Positions 39,079 through 49,044 are shown, numbered from the stretch's first letter. The stretch: DNA of 64,000 nt from an uncultured Collinsella sp. (GCA_902491055.1 CABUGI010000003.1:8536-72535), one strand, 5' to 3'. Made by a program: numbers and translations. The notes: generated by a model from the sequence alone, not told the origin.

Positions 39079-40245
39079 TTGAGTGAGATTCAGAACTCGT
39101 CCATTTTCTCTCTTGACGATGTCAACGAGGAGGAGATGAACAACCTCATCGACGGTACGATTACCGACTTTGATGAGGGCGATCTCGTTAACGGCACTGT
39201 CGTTAAGATCGAGCATGACGAGGTGCTCGTTGACATCGGATTCAAGTCCGAGGGCGTTATCCCGGTCCGCGAGCTGTCCATCCGCAAGGACGCTAACCCT
39301 GCAGACATCGTTGCACTCGGTGATCCCATCGAGGCTCTGGTACTCCAGAAGGAGGACAAGGACGGTCGTCTGGTCCTGTCCAAGAAGCGTGCCGAGTACG
39401 AGCGTGCTTGGAACCGCATCGAGGAGAAGTTCAACTCCGGCGAGAACGTCGAGGGCGAGGTTATCGAGGTTGTCAAGGGCGGCCTGATCCTCGACATCGG
39501 CCTGCGTGGCTTCCTGCCCGCCTCCCTCGTCGACCTCCGTCGCGTCAAGGACCTCACCTCCTACATGGGCACCCGCATCGAGGCCCGCGTCATCGAGATG
39601 GACCGCAACCGCAACAACGTCGTCCTCTCCCGTCGCGTCGTGCTCGAGGAGTCCCGTAAGGCCGAGCGCTCCGAGATCCTGTCCAAGCTCAAGTCTGGCA
39701 TGCGTCTCCAGGGCACCGTTTCCTCCATCGTCGACTTCGGCGCCTTCGTCGACCTCGGTGGTATCGACGGCCTCATCCACATTTCCGAGCTCTCCTGGAA
39801 CCACGTCAACCATCCTTCCGAGGTTGTCAAGGTCGGCCAGGAGGTCGAGGTCGAGGTTCTCGACGTCGATCTCAACCGCGAGCGCATCTCCCTGGGTCTC
39901 AAGCAGACCACCGAGGATCCGTGGCGCGCACTGGTCAAGAAGTACCCCGTCGGCGCTATCGTCGAGGGCACTGTGACCAAGCTTGTCCCGTTCGGCGCTT
40001 TCGTCGATCTGGGCGAGGGCATCGAGGGCCTGGTGCACATCTCCGAGATGGCCAACAAGCACGTCGATCAGCCTTCTCAGGTCACCCACGTGGGCGACAA
40101 GGTTCAGGTCAAGGTCATGGAGATCGACCTCGACCGTCGTCGTATCTCCCTGTCCATGAAGTCCGCTGCTGAGACTCTGGGCGTCGAGATCGAGGTTACC
40201 CCGCTGCCTTCCGAGAAGAAGGACGAGGAGACCGACGCCGAGTAA
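39079..40245 (+). CDS. rpsA: 30S ribosomal protein S1
   Basis: Four S1 OB-fold repeats (G.V.G.V....GAFVDLGG..GL.HISE). TTG start follows AAAGGGG. Confidence 0.93.
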   Translation: MSEIQNSSIFSLDDVNEEEMNNLIDGTITDFDEGDLVNGTVVKIEHDEVLVDIGFKSEGVIPVRELSIRKDANPADIVALGDPIEALVLQKEDKDGRLVLSKKRAEYERAWNRIEEKFNSGENVEGEVIEVVKGGLILDIGLRGFLPASLVDLRRVKDLTSYMGTRIEARVIEMDRNRNNVVLSRRVVLEESRKAERSEILSKLKSGMRLQGTVSSIVDFGAFVDLGGIDGLIHISELSWNHVNHPSEVVKVGQEVEVEVLDVDLNRERISLGLKQTTEDPWRALVKKYPVGAIVEGTVTKLVPFGAFVDLGEGIEGLVHISEMANKHVDQPSQVTHVGDKVQVKVMEIDLDRRRISLSMKSAAETLGVEIEVTPLPSEKKDEETDAE

Positions 40246-40270
40246 ATCGGTTTGACGATCACCTGTTTTA

Positions 40271-40304
40271 AGGGATCCGTCCGCAATGGACGGGTCCCTT
40301 TTTG
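40271..40304 (+). terminator. Intrinsic terminator after rpsA
   Basis: GGGATCCGTCC / GGACGGGTCCC stem followed by TTTTTG. Confidence 0.6.
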
Positions 40305-40582
40305 CATTTGCTGCTGAGGCGCGCGATGCTACCCGTGCGCAATGCTGCCCGGGTTGTCTGTTTGCTATTGGGTTGTCGGTGCATGAAAAATGCCGACATC
40401 CCGCCTCGGGGAGGAGGCGGGAACGCACCGAGTAGACGGAGGGGTGCGGAGCGCGGTCGCGTCTCGACTGACGACGTTGCCCATCGACAGGACCATTGTA
40501 GCGCATGGCGGTTCTTGGTTTATCGTGTCGAGCGTTTGCGTTGTGCCATTGCCTGAGGCAGCGGTGTGTTACACTCTTGCAC

Positions 40583-40946
40583 TGCTGAGTGGGCCAGACG
40601 GTCGCGCGATGTGCTGCTTGCAGTACGCGTGAGGAAAGTCCGGGCTCCAGAGGGCGGGATGCCGGCTAACGGCCGGGCGGAGTGATCCGACGGAAAGCGC
40701 CGCAGAAAAGAAGACTCCCACCTGCGCCGCAAGGCGTAAAGGGAAAAGCTGAAACGGTGGTGTAAGAGACCACCAGCGTCGTGGCAACACGGCGGCTTGG
40801 CAAGCCCCATCCGGAGCAAGCGCGAATAGGAACGCTATGGGCCGGCCCGGTCCGCGTTCGGGTAGCGTGCGTGGAGCTGCACGGTAACGTGCAGACAAGA
40901 TAAATGACCGTTCACGACAGAACCCGGCTTATAGGCCCACTCAGCA
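40583..40946 (+). ncRNA. rnpB: RNase P RNA, bacterial type A
   Basis: GAGGAAAGTCCGGGCTCC near the 5' end and ACAGAACCCGGCTTA near the 3' end. P1 pairing is TGCTGAGTGGGCC / GGCCCACTCAGCA. Confidence 0.9.
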
Positions 40947-40959
40947 CTTTGTTGACGCT

Positions 40960-41064
40960 GCGAACCCGTCAGCGCGGCAATCTGCCTTTCAAGCCTTCGG
41001 GCATGACCATAAGGTCAATGCCCTCGTCTTTCAAGGCACCTTGCTCGCGCTGACGGGTTCTCGC
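40960..41064 (+). terminator. Long structured hairpin downstream of rnpB
   Basis: GCGAACCCGTCAGCGCG pairs with CGCGCTGACGGGTTC(T)CGC about 70 nt away, followed by TTTCGTTT. Confidence 0.45.
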
Positions 41065-41172
41065 TTTCGTTTACGGAATCATCGGTGTTGCCGTTCTATT
41101 TACCGGGATTAACGGTACGATCTTTGCCGTATTATTGAGGCTGTTTGTTGCTTTGCTTGTTGTTGAGGGGCT

Positions 41173-41811
41173 TTGTTGGACAGCTATTTTACTCTGCAAT
41201 CGAATATTGAGGTTTCGGGCGAGTTTGTGGACCGCAAGAGCCGGTTTATTGCCCAGCTGGTCCATATTGAGTCCGAGGATGAGGCGAATGCCTTTATCGA
41301 GACGGTTCGCAAGCGTCATTACGACGCTCGACACAATGTTCCCGCGTGGATTTTGGTCGATGGACGCGAGCGCCAGAGCGATGACGGTGAGCCGAGCCGC
41401 ACGAGCGGCATGCCGACGCTCGAGGTGTTGCGCGGCGCGGGGCTCAAAAATGTTTGCTGCGTAGTGACGCGCTATTTTGGTGGCACGCTGTTGGGGCCTG
41501 GTGGCTTGGTACGCGCCTATACCGCGGCGACGCAGGCGGCGGTGGCCGCGGCTCAGGAGGCCGGGCAGATCGTTGAGATGACAAGCGTCGTGCCGGTTGA
41601 CGTGCATGTGGCCTATCCGCAGTACGAGCAGGTGCTTCGCTTGGCGCAGGATTCGGGTGCCAAGGTTTCGGATACCGATTACGCGGATGCCGTGACACTT
41701 CATTTGGCGTTTAAGGCAGGGGGGCAGGAGCCGTTTTGCGCTAAGATGCGCGAGCTTATGGCGGGGCGCGAGGAGATTGAGGTCGGCGCTCCCGAGTTTG
41801 CCGAGTTCTAA
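41173..41811 (+). CDS. yigZ: YigZ/IMPACT-family protein
   Basis: KSRFIAQL...DARHNVPAW...DDGEPSRTSG motifs. Confidence 0.85.
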   Translation: MLDSYFTLQSNIEVSGEFVDRKSRFIAQLVHIESEDEANAFIETVRKRHYDARHNVPAWILVDGRERQSDDGEPSRTSGMPTLEVLRGAGLKNVCCVVTRYFGGTLLGPGGLVRAYTAATQAAVAAAQEAGQIVEMTSVVPVDVHVAYPQYEQVLRLAQDSGAKVSDTDYADAVTLHLAFKAGGQEPFCAKMRELMAGREEIEVGAPEFAEF

Positions 41812-41879
41812 CGGCGACGGCCGGCGTGCTTTTGGATGGATTCCAAGCGCGCCGGCCGTCGTTTTTCTGTTGCTGCCGT

Positions 41880-42326
41880 TTACTCGGCGAGCTGCTTTAG
41901 CACATCGCAGGCAATCTCGACGGCATCGTCGATGCAACCGGGGCAGCTGCGGAGCGGACCCTTGTCCGATCCGATGCCCTTGAGCGTGCCGCAGACGGTC
42001 GTCGTGTTCTTCTCGCCAAAGCGCTTGGCGATTTCGCGCGACAGCTTGTAGGTCTGGCCCTTGGTCTTGGGGTTTTCCATGCCGTCGCTCATTACAAAGC
42101 CCATGATGGCCACGGCGCCCGAGATGGCGCCGCAGGTCTCGGTCATGCCGCCCATGCCGGCGCCAAAGCCCTCGGTGAGGGTAAAGGCGACCTGGGGGTC
42201 GAGCCCGACGGCGGGCGCGAGCGTGCAGGCGACGGCCTGGGCGCAGTTAAAGCCACGTGCGTGGTATTCGGCAGCCTGAGCCTGACAGGCGGTGATATCG
42301 AGCTGGGCCGTATCGATTTGCTTCAT
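41880..42326 (-). CDS. C_GCAxxG_C_C family redox-type protein
   Basis: GFNCAQAV, TCGAISGAV and a C-terminal SCPGCIDD. AAGGAGAC RBS precedes ATG 42326. Confidence 0.8.
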   Translation of the reverse strand: MKQIDTAQLDITACQAQAAEYHARGFNCAQAVACTLAPAVGLDPQVAFTLTEGFGAGMGGMTETCGAISGAVAIMGFVMSDGMENPKTKGQTYKLSREIAKRFGEKNTTTVCGTLKGIGSDKGPLRSCPGCIDDAVEIACDVLKQLAE

Positions 42327-42557
42327 CGTTGTCTCCTTGGTCACGGTGTACCCGCCTATGGTACCCGTGACGGGGCATGTAATCATCGAGAGCTTCATGT
42401 ATGCCTCGTTTTTATCAATCGAGCAAATGCCCAAGGCTTGAGATAAATACCCCTGATCAATTTGTCCCATAACCTACCTTGGGGATGGGTTGAGAGGGGT
42501 GCGGGGTAGCGGTATCGTGAACCGAATAAAACTAAAACCCAGGCAAGGGAGCTAGAT

Positions 42558-43841
42558 ATGAGCGAGCAGACCATCGGTACTACATGTGTTCAGGGCGGCT
42601 ATCACCCGGGAGATGCCGAGCCGCGCCAGGTGCCCATCTACCAGTCCACCACGTGGAAGTACGACACGTCGGAGCATATGGGCAAGCTGTTTGACCTGGA
42701 GGAGTCGGGCTACTTCTACAGCCGCCTGCAGAACCCCACGTGCGATCTCGTTGCCGCCAAGATCTGCGAGATGGAGGGAGGCACCGCCGCGATGCTCACG
42801 AGCTCGGGCATGGCTGCGAACTTCCTCGCGATCTTTAACGTGGCCGGTGCCGGCGATCATGTGGTCGCAAGCTCTGCCATTTACGGCGGTACGTATAACC
42901 TGCTCGCCCACACCATGGGCCGTATGGGGTTGACCTGCACGTTCGTCGCCCCCGACTGCACCGATGAGGAGCTCGAGGCAGCCTTTGAGCCCAATACCAA
43001 GCTCGTCTTTGGCGAGACGATCGCAAACCCCGCCCTTGCCGTGCTCGATATTGAGCGCTTTGCCAAGGCTGCACATGACCACGGCGTGCCGCTGATGGTC
43101 GACAACACCTTCCCGACGCCCGTGATGTGCCGTCCCTTTGAGTGGGGCGCCGACATCGTCACGCACTCCACGACCAAGTACATGGATGGACATGCTGCCT
43201 ACCTGGGCGGCGTAATCGTTGACCACGGCCAGTTTGACTGGATGGCTCATGCGGACAAGTTCCCGGGTCTTACCACGCCCGACGAGAGCTACCACGGCGT
43301 GACGTATGCCGAGAAGTTCGGTCGCGAGGGCGCCTTTATTACCAAGGCCACTGCGCAGCTTATGCGCGACCTCGGCCCCATGCAGAACCCGCAGGCGGCG
43401 TTCTTCCTGAACAGCTCGCTCGAGAGCCTGCACGTGCGCATGCCGCGTCATTGTGAGAACGGCCTGGCCGTTGCCAAGTTCCTGCAGAGCCATCCCAAGG
43501 TACGCTTCGTGAGCTATCCGGGCCTGGAGGGCGACAAGTACTATGACCTGGCTCAGAAGTACATGCCTAACGGTACCTGCGGCGTCGTGAGCTTTGGCTT
43601 TAACGGTGGTCGCGCGGCGGCCGAGACCTTTATGAAGAGCCTTAAGCTCGCCCAGATCGCTACGCACGTGGCCGATGCGCGTACTTGCTGCTTGCATCCG
43701 GCAAACGCTACCCATCGCCAGATGAACGACGAGGAGCTCATCGCCTGTGGCATCTCCGCCGATATGGTGCGTCTGTCGTGCGGCCTCGAGGACACGGCCG
43801 ATCTGATTGCCGACCTTGAGCAGGCGCTTGAGCAGTGCTAG
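42558..43841 (+). CDS. metY: O-acetylhomoserine/O-acetylserine sulfhydrylase (PLP-dependent)
   Basis: HSTTKYMDGH PLP-lysine motif, within a Cys/Met-metabolism PLP family sequence. Confidence 0.88.
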   Translation: MSEQTIGTTCVQGGYHPGDAEPRQVPIYQSTTWKYDTSEHMGKLFDLEESGYFYSRLQNPTCDLVAAKICEMEGGTAAMLTSSGMAANFLAIFNVAGAGDHVVASSAIYGGTYNLLAHTMGRMGLTCTFVAPDCTDEELEAAFEPNTKLVFGETIANPALAVLDIERFAKAAHDHGVPLMVDNTFPTPVMCRPFEWGADIVTHSTTKYMDGHAAYLGGVIVDHGQFDWMAHADKFPGLTTPDESYHGVTYAEKFGREGAFITKATAQLMRDLGPMQNPQAAFFLNSSLESLHVRMPRHCENGLAVAKFLQSHPKVRFVSYPGLEGDKYYDLAQKYMPNGTCGVVSFGFNGGRAAAETFMKSLKLAQIATHVADARTCCLHPANATHRQMNDEELIACGISADMVRLSCGLEDTADLIADLEQALEQC

Positions 43842-43914
43842 GCTAGCTTCCCGTATGAAGCGACGGTGCCCCTTGGGGTTCCGGTGACATATAGTTCCGA
43901 TTCCGTAGGCGGGA

Positions 43915-43957
43915 CCCCAATCGCGGCTGTTCGCAGGCGATTGGGGCCCCGTTTTTG
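43915..43957 (+). terminator. Intrinsic terminator after metY
   Basis: CCCCAATCGC / GCGATTGGGG stem followed by CCCCGTTTTTG. Confidence 0.6.
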
Positions 43958-43982
43958 CGTTGCACCACTCGAAAGGATGGAT

Positions 43983-45287
43983 ATGGAGAAAACTGCAGAG
44001 CAGCTGCGCCGCGAGCACATTGCCCTTGAGGGCGATACCCATGGCAAGAACAAATGGGCGATTCTGTTTACCGTGCTCATCATGACGTTTATGGTGTGTC
44101 TGGATTCGACCGTCGTGACCGTGGCGCTGCCCGTGATGCAAAAAGAGCTGGGTGTGGGCCTCGATCGCATTCAGCTGGTAAGCTCTGTGTATCTGCTTGC
44201 GACGTGCGTGGCTATGTTGCCGTTTGGCCGTCTGGGCGACGTGCGCGGCAAGGTGAATGTGTTTCAGCTGGGCGTCATCGTCTTTTCGGTCGGTTCGCTG
44301 CTGTGCGGCCTTTCGGCCTCGCTCGAGGTTCTTATCCTGGCACGCATTGTTCAGGGCGTCGGTTGCGCGGCGGCCATGGCTAACAACATGGGTATCATCA
44401 CCGAGTCGTTTCCGGCGCGCGAACGAGGCCGTGCCATGGGTATTCTCGCGACCTTTGTGGCCCTCGGCATGATGTGTGGCCCCGTGCTCGGCGGCATGCT
44501 GGTGGCAAGCTTTCCCTGGGAGAGCATCTTCCTCATCAACCTGCCCATTGGCGTCATCTCGTTTATCGTGGGGCTCTACACGCTGCCGCATGTTAAGCCG
44601 GAGGCCGGCGAGCGCCCCATGTCGCTGGCGGAGGCCGCGCGTCGCTGCTTTGCAAATTCGGCCTTCACCATCAATCTTGCCTGCATGCTCATCGTGTTTG
44701 TTGGCATTGGCGCATCCGAGTTTATCCTGCCGTTCTATTTTCAGGACGCCCACGGCTTTGGTTCCGACATTTCCGGACTGCTCTTTTTGGCGCTGCCGAT
44801 GGTGAATGCCTTTATCGGCCCGCTTTCGGGTACGGTTTCGGACCGTGTTGGTTGCGAGGGCCCCACGGCGGTGGGCCTGGGTGTGTACGTGTGCGGTCTC
44901 TTTGCGGTAAGTACGCTCGACGAGCACTCTTCCATCCCTGTGATCGTGTGCTGTGTCGCGTTTATGTCGTGCGGAACGTCGATTTTCCAGAGCCCCAACA
45001 ACTCGCTGTACATGGGCTCGGCTCCGCGCGAAGCGCTCGGCTTTGCGGGCAGCCTGGGTAGCCTGGCGCGCTATGCGGGTATGGCAGTGGGCATTACGGT
45101 GGCGTCGCATATCCTGTATGGGCAGATGAGCGTGGCGATGGGCGAGGCCGTGACCAGTTTTGTTGCAGGCCGTCCGGATGTGTTCCTGTTTGGTTTTCGT
45201 TCGGTGTTCTATGTGTTGATGGCCGTGGCAGCCGTGGGCTTTGTCCTCTCGATGGTTCGTTTGGTGAGGATGCGCGCCCGCCATTAG
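43983..45287 (+). CDS. MFS transporter, DHA2 (EmrB/QacA-like, 14-TM type)
   Basis: Multi-TM with MFS motif A-like GRLGDVRGK. Start could be 43977 or 43983. Confidence 0.85.
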   Translation: MEKTAEQLRREHIALEGDTHGKNKWAILFTVLIMTFMVCLDSTVVTVALPVMQKELGVGLDRIQLVSSVYLLATCVAMLPFGRLGDVRGKVNVFQLGVIVFSVGSLLCGLSASLEVLILARIVQGVGCAAAMANNMGIITESFPARERGRAMGILATFVALGMMCGPVLGGMLVASFPWESIFLINLPIGVISFIVGLYTLPHVKPEAGERPMSLAEAARRCFANSAFTINLACMLIVFVGIGASEFILPFYFQDAHGFGSDISGLLFLALPMVNAFIGPLSGTVSDRVGCEGPTAVGLGVYVCGLFAVSTLDEHSSIPVIVCCVAFMSCGTSIFQSPNNSLYMGSAPREALGFAGSLGSLARYAGMAVGITVASHILYGQMSVAMGEAVTSFVAGRPDVFLFGFRSVFYVLMAVAAVGFVLSMVRLVRMRARH

Positions 45288-45445
45288 CGTGTTGGGAGGC
45301 TGCCTGCCACGTATCCGCGCCGTCCCAAAAAGACTGGTTTGTGGTGCGATGCGGCTTGTGGGGCGGGCGGGGGTCGGTCCGTGGTAGACTATCGAACAAC
45401 GTTTATTAATCGCGCGGTATCCTTGCCGCGAGAAGGGGTTGCGCC

Positions 45446-46024
45446 ATGCAGGAGCTTGAGGATCGTATTCGCCATGACGGCATCGTAAAGGCCGGTAACG
45501 TCCTTAAGGTTGATGCCTTCCTCAACCACCAGTGCGACGTTGAGCTGTTCGACCACATGGGTGCCGAGTGGGCCCGTCTGTTCAAGGATGTCGAGATCAA
45601 CAAGATCCTGACGATTGAGGCTTCGGGCATTGGTATGGCTTGCATCGCGGCTCAGCATTTTGGCGGCGTGCCGGTGGTCTTTGCCAAGAAGGCACAGTCC
45701 ATCAACCTCGACGGCGAGCAGTACGCCACGACCATCTACTCCTTTACCAAGCAGAAGGAGTACCCGGTCATCGTTGGCAAACGCTTCCTGTCCGAGGGCG
45801 ACAAGGTCCTGATCATCGACGACTTTTTGGCCAACGGCTGCGCGCTCGAGGGTCTTATCAAGATCTGCGAGGCTGCAGGTGCCGAGGTATCCGGCATTGG
45901 CATTGCGGTGGAGAAGGGCTTCCAGGGCGGTGGCGATAAGCTCCGCGAGCGCGGCTTCCGCGTTGAAAGCCTAGCCCGTATCGCCGATATGGACTGCGAT
46001 ACCGGCGAGATCACCTTCGCCTAA
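45446..46024 (+). CDS. xpt: Xanthine phosphoribosyltransferase
   Basis: [30 protein letters not shown]-terminus and PRPP motif [11 protein letters not shown]. Confidence 0.9.
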   Translation: MQELEDRIRHDGIVKAGNVLKVDAFLNHQCDVELFDHMGAEWARLFKDVEINKILTIEASGIGMACIAAQHFGGVPVVFAKKAQSINLDGEQYATTIYSFTKQKEYPVIVGKRFLSEGDKVLIIDDFLANGCALEGLIKICEAAGAEVSGIGIAVEKGFQGGGDKLRERGFRVESLARIADMDCDTGEITFA

Positions 46025-46052
46025 GCGCGCAACACAAGCGATTGGTATGCGA

Positions 46053-46087
46053 TGTGACAAAGGGACTTTCCCTTTGTCACATTTTTT
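46053..46087 (+). terminator. Intrinsic terminator after xpt
   Basis: TGTGACAAAGGG / CCCTTTGTCACA stem followed by TTTTTT. Confidence 0.65.
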
Positions 46088-46105
46088 ATGAAGGGAGGTG
46101 TTGAT

Positions 46106-46486
46106 ATGGATGAGAACAAGATGGGATGGCGCGAGTATGCGCGCTATGCCGAGATGTCGGTCGAGGAGTTGGCGCGAGATTGCGAGGTGCAGGTGTTTCG
46201 CGCGACAGGTCCGGGCGGACAGGGCGTGAACACGACGGACTCGGCGGTGCGTATGAAGCATGGGCCCACGGGGATTGTTGTGACGGCGCGCGAGAGCCGT
46301 AGTCAGTTTCAGAATCGCGCGAGCTGCCTGCGTAAGCTGCGCGCTGAGCTGGAGCGTCGCGGGCGTCCACCGCGCCGACGCGTAAAGACTAAGGTGCCTC
46401 TGCGCTCTCGCCAGCGCAGGCTCAATGACAAGCACTTCAACGCCATTAAAAAGGCCAACCGTCGCAAGCCGGGTAGCGACGAATAG
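46106..46486 (+). CDS. arfB: ArfB-type GGQ peptidyl-tRNA hydrolase (alternative ribosome rescue factor)
   Basis: [17 protein letters not shown] motif and a basic C-terminal tail. GGGAGG RBS precedes ATG 46106. Confidence 0.8.
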   Translation: MDENKMGWREYARYAEMSVEELARDCEVQVFRATGPGGQGVNTTDSAVRMKHGPTGIVVTARESRSQFQNRASCLRKLRAELERRGRPPRRRVKTKVPLRSRQRRLNDKHFNAIKKANRRKPGSDE

Positions 46487-46496
46487 CCTCCTCATG

Positions 46497-46563
46497 AGTT
46501 GCGGTGAAATAGGGACTGTTTTGCGGCTTTAGCTGCATAAACAGTCCCTATTTCACCGCAACT
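46497..46563. repeat. AGTTGCGGTG-family hairpin element, copy 4
   Basis: Perfect 25-bp arms AGTTGCGGTGAAATAGGGACTGTTT / AAACAGTCCCTATTTCACCGCAACT. Lies 10-11 nt from both convergent stops. Confidence 0.85.
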
Positions 46564-46572
46564 TAGGTTGGG

Positions 46573-47535
46573 TTAGCGGGCCGGGTGCCAGACCTCGAGG
46601 ACGGCGGGAAGGATGTCGACCTCGATGCGCGAGGCGACGATGGGCTCGCCGTCGGCCTGGATGGGATAGTCGGGCTCCTCAAAGGTGAGCTCGACATGGC
46701 GGCAGCGGCGCATGCGAACCGGCGGCAACTTGGTATGGTGGCCGTCCTTGGCCGAAAGAAACATAGGCAGGGCAACCGCGCGAGGGACGGGACCGCAGGC
46801 GTAGCAGACGTCGAGTACGCCGTCGCAGGGGTCGGCATCGGGGCAGATACGATAGCCCGAGCCATAGGTAGGACCCAGCTGAATCGCCATGATAATCGCC
46901 CTCACGCGCTCGGCGGGCGCCCCGTCAAAGCTGACTGTCATGGGGTAGTTGCGATAGCGCAGGCCAAACTGCTCAAGTCCCGAAAGGGTGTAGAGCGGCG
47001 CGCCCGTCAAGCCGGTCTTTTTGCGCAGCTCGGTGGTGCCAAGGCCGATGGCGGCATCGATGCCGATCGAAAGCGTCTGGTCGTAGTACTCAACGGTAGC
47101 CTCGCCGCTGCCGCTTGCGGGGTTCCATGAGCGAATGCGCCCGATGTCCTGGTGCTGCAGCTCGCAGGTGAGCAGCGCGCCAAAATCTTTGCCGGAGAAA
47201 TCGTCGATACCGAGCGTTTGGGCAAAATCGTTGCCGGAGCCCACGGGCAGGACGGCAAGAGCGGGGCGGGCGTCCTCCTCTTGCGTCATAAGCCCGTTGA
47301 CGACCTCGCGAATCACGCCGTCGCCGCCAAGGGCGATAACGGTGCGATAGCCCTGAGCCTGTGCGGCCAGCTCCTTGGCGTGTCCCATGCGCTCGGTCAG
47401 CACCAGATCAAACTGGGATGCGCGCGCGGTCATATCCAAAAAGCGTTGCAGGCGCTCGGCAACTTCGCGCGCCGCACCCGACTGGGCGGCTGGGTTGGCG
47501 ATGATGAGCGTGCGGCCAAAATCAGTTGCGTGCAT
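46573..47535 (-). CDS. Diacylglycerol/lipid kinase family protein (YegS/DagK-like)
   Basis: LGGDGVIREVVNG motif. Start at ATG 47535. Confidence 0.85.
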   Translation of the reverse strand: MHATDFGRTLIIANPAAQSGAAREVAERLQRFLDMTARASQFDLVLTERMGHAKELAAQAQGYRTVIALGGDGVIREVVNGLMTQEEDARPALAVLPVGSGNDFAQTLGIDDFSGKDFGALLTCELQHQDIGRIRSWNPASGSGEATVEYYDQTLSIGIDAAIGLGTTELRKKTGLTGAPLYTLSGLEQFGLRYRNYPMTVSFDGAPAERVRAIIMAIQLGPTYGSGYRICPDADPCDGVLDVCYACGPVPRAVALPMFLSAKDGHHTKLPPVRMRRCRHVELTFEEPDYPIQADGEPIVASRIEVDILPAVLEVWHPAR

Positions 47536-47622
47536 GGGGCGACTCCCGGCGTATGACGTGACGGTGCGGTCGCGCTCAGGTCGAATTGCCCCCGATTGTG
47601 GCTGCACGTCGAATACTTACGT

Positions 47623-49044
47623 CTACTCTATCAGGTCGTTGTGGCGCTCGATAGCATCCGCTACCGTACCGCCCTCATCCACAATAAGCGAACGGCGCTT
47701 GGGCGAGATGATGCGCTGGGCGGGGTACACGCCGCGGTGTCCGGCGGTTAGGTAGCTGATAAAGGCCACGATGACAAAGAACCCGGCTGCCGTGCCGTGG
47801 AACAGGTCGATGGCCATCATACAGGTGGTGATAGGCACGTTAAGGCCGGCGCAGAACACGCCGAGCATGCCCAGCGCTGCCAGAAAGCTGGGATCGATTC
47901 CGACGAGGCAACCGATCCAGCCGCCGAGCGCCGCACCGATACCAAACAGGGGCGTGACCTCGCCGCCTTGGAAGCCGGCACCCAGGGTGAGCGCTGTGAC
48001 GACCAACTTGATGGCTGCGTCCGCCAGGGTGGTGTTGCCGGCAAATCCGGCGCCGGAAAGCCACGTGGAAAGGCCGGCGTAGTTCCAGGCGTCGAGGAGG
48101 GCATAGGCGGCCAAAACCACGAGTGCGCCCATGAGTGCGCGAACGAGGTAATTGGTGATAAAGCGACCGTACAGGCTCTTGACGGTTCGAACCGACCAGG
48201 CAAAGAGGCGTGCCGTCAGACCGAAGATAATGGCGCTGATAACAACGATGACGACCGTTTTGGGCGTCATAGCGGGAACGCTGGCGATGACATTCGCTTC
48301 GTACTCGGTTCCCAAGGCAAGCGATGTAAAGTAGCCGGTAAACGAGGCGACCAGGCAGTAGATGCCTGCGGTGTAGTCGATCTTGCCGATAAAGCACATC
48401 TCCATGCCAAAGAACGCTCCGGCAAGGGGCGAGCCGAACACGGCGCCAAAGGCCGACGAGATGCCGGCGAGCATGAGGTCGTGGTGGTCATGCTTTTTGA
48501 GGTGGGCGAGGCTCGAGATGTTGCTGGCGATGGTGCCGCCAATCTGCACCGCGGCTCCCTCGCGACCGGCCGATCCGCCCGTTAGGTGCGTGAGCGTGGA
48601 GCAGACGAAGGTGAGGACGGCCATGCGCATATGGATGAGGCGTGTGCCCAGGGCGGAGTCGATGACCAGGTTGTTACCGCGTTTGGCGGCAAGACCGTGG
48701 TTTTTGTACACCCATGCGGTGGCAACGCCCACAACGGGAAGCAGCGCGTAAATCCACGCATGGTGCTCGCGATAGTCGGTCGCGATATTCAACGAGGCCA
48801 AAAACGCCCAAGCGGCAACGCCCATGGCGAGCGAGACGATGACGACGAGTGCGAGCAACTTGGCGCTCGCGAGTAGGTTGCGGGCGTTGCGGCGCGTGTC
48901 GGCAGCCAAGAGATGCTCGGAGCGGGTAAGTTGATGCCTGCCTGCCGTGATGACGTCATTAAGGGAGAAAAAGCCGCCGTCGTCGAGCGGCTGGGAATGA
49001 TCCTGCGCTTTGTTTGCGCTTTCGGGTTTGTCGTTATGAGCCAT
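47623..49044 (-). CDS. ClC-family voltage-gated chloride channel/antiporter
   Basis: GSAGREGA and GSPLAGAFFGME selectivity motifs; multi-TM. Confidence 0.9.
   Translation of the reverse strand: MAHNDKPESANKAQDHSQPLDDGGFFSLNDVITAGRHQLTRSEHLLAADTRRNARNLLASAKLLALVVIVSLAMGVAAWAFLASLNIATDYREHHAWIYALLPVVGVATAWVYKNHGLAAKRGNNLVIDSALGTRLIHMRMAVLTFVCSTLTHLTGGSAGREGAAVQIGGTIASNISSLAHLKKHDHHDLMLAGISSAFGAVFGSPLAGAFFGMEMCFIGKIDYTAGIYCLVASFTGYFTSLALGTEYEANVIASVPAMTPKTVVIVVISAIIFGLTARLFAWSVRTVKSLYGRFITNYLVRALMGALVVLAAYALLDAWNYAGLSTWLSGAGFAGNTTLADAAIKLVVTALTLGAGFQGGEVTPLFGIGAALGGWIGCLVGIDPSFLAALGMLGVFCAGLNVPITTCMMAIDLFHGTAAGFFVIVAFISYLTAGHRGVYPAQRIISPKRRSLIVDEGGTVADAIERHNDLIE

Noticed and set aside
39040-40506. 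488-aa minus-strand ORF
   Set aside because: It is antisense to rpsA, so it is a shadow frame.
42327-42557. SAM riboswitch upstream of metY
   Set aside because: I could not find SAM-I (GGAGGGA...GGCAACC), SAM-II or SAM-IV core sequences by eye. Only a generic hairpin plus T-run is reported, as a low-interest finding.
42552-45284. 910-aa minus-strand ORF, the longest in the window
   Set aside because: It is antisense to both metY and the MFS transporter. It has an extreme His/Arg/Ala composition and crosses an intergenic terminator, so it is not a real gene.
45288-45445. Purine riboswitch upstream of xpt
   Set aside because: No TATAAT...TTTCTACC-type purine-riboswitch junction sequences are recognisable.
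24746-46563. Hairpin elements as integron attC sites
   Set aside because: The ends do not fit the RYYYAAC / GTTRRRY core sites. No integrase is nearby. The flanking genes are ordinary housekeeping genes in both orientations.
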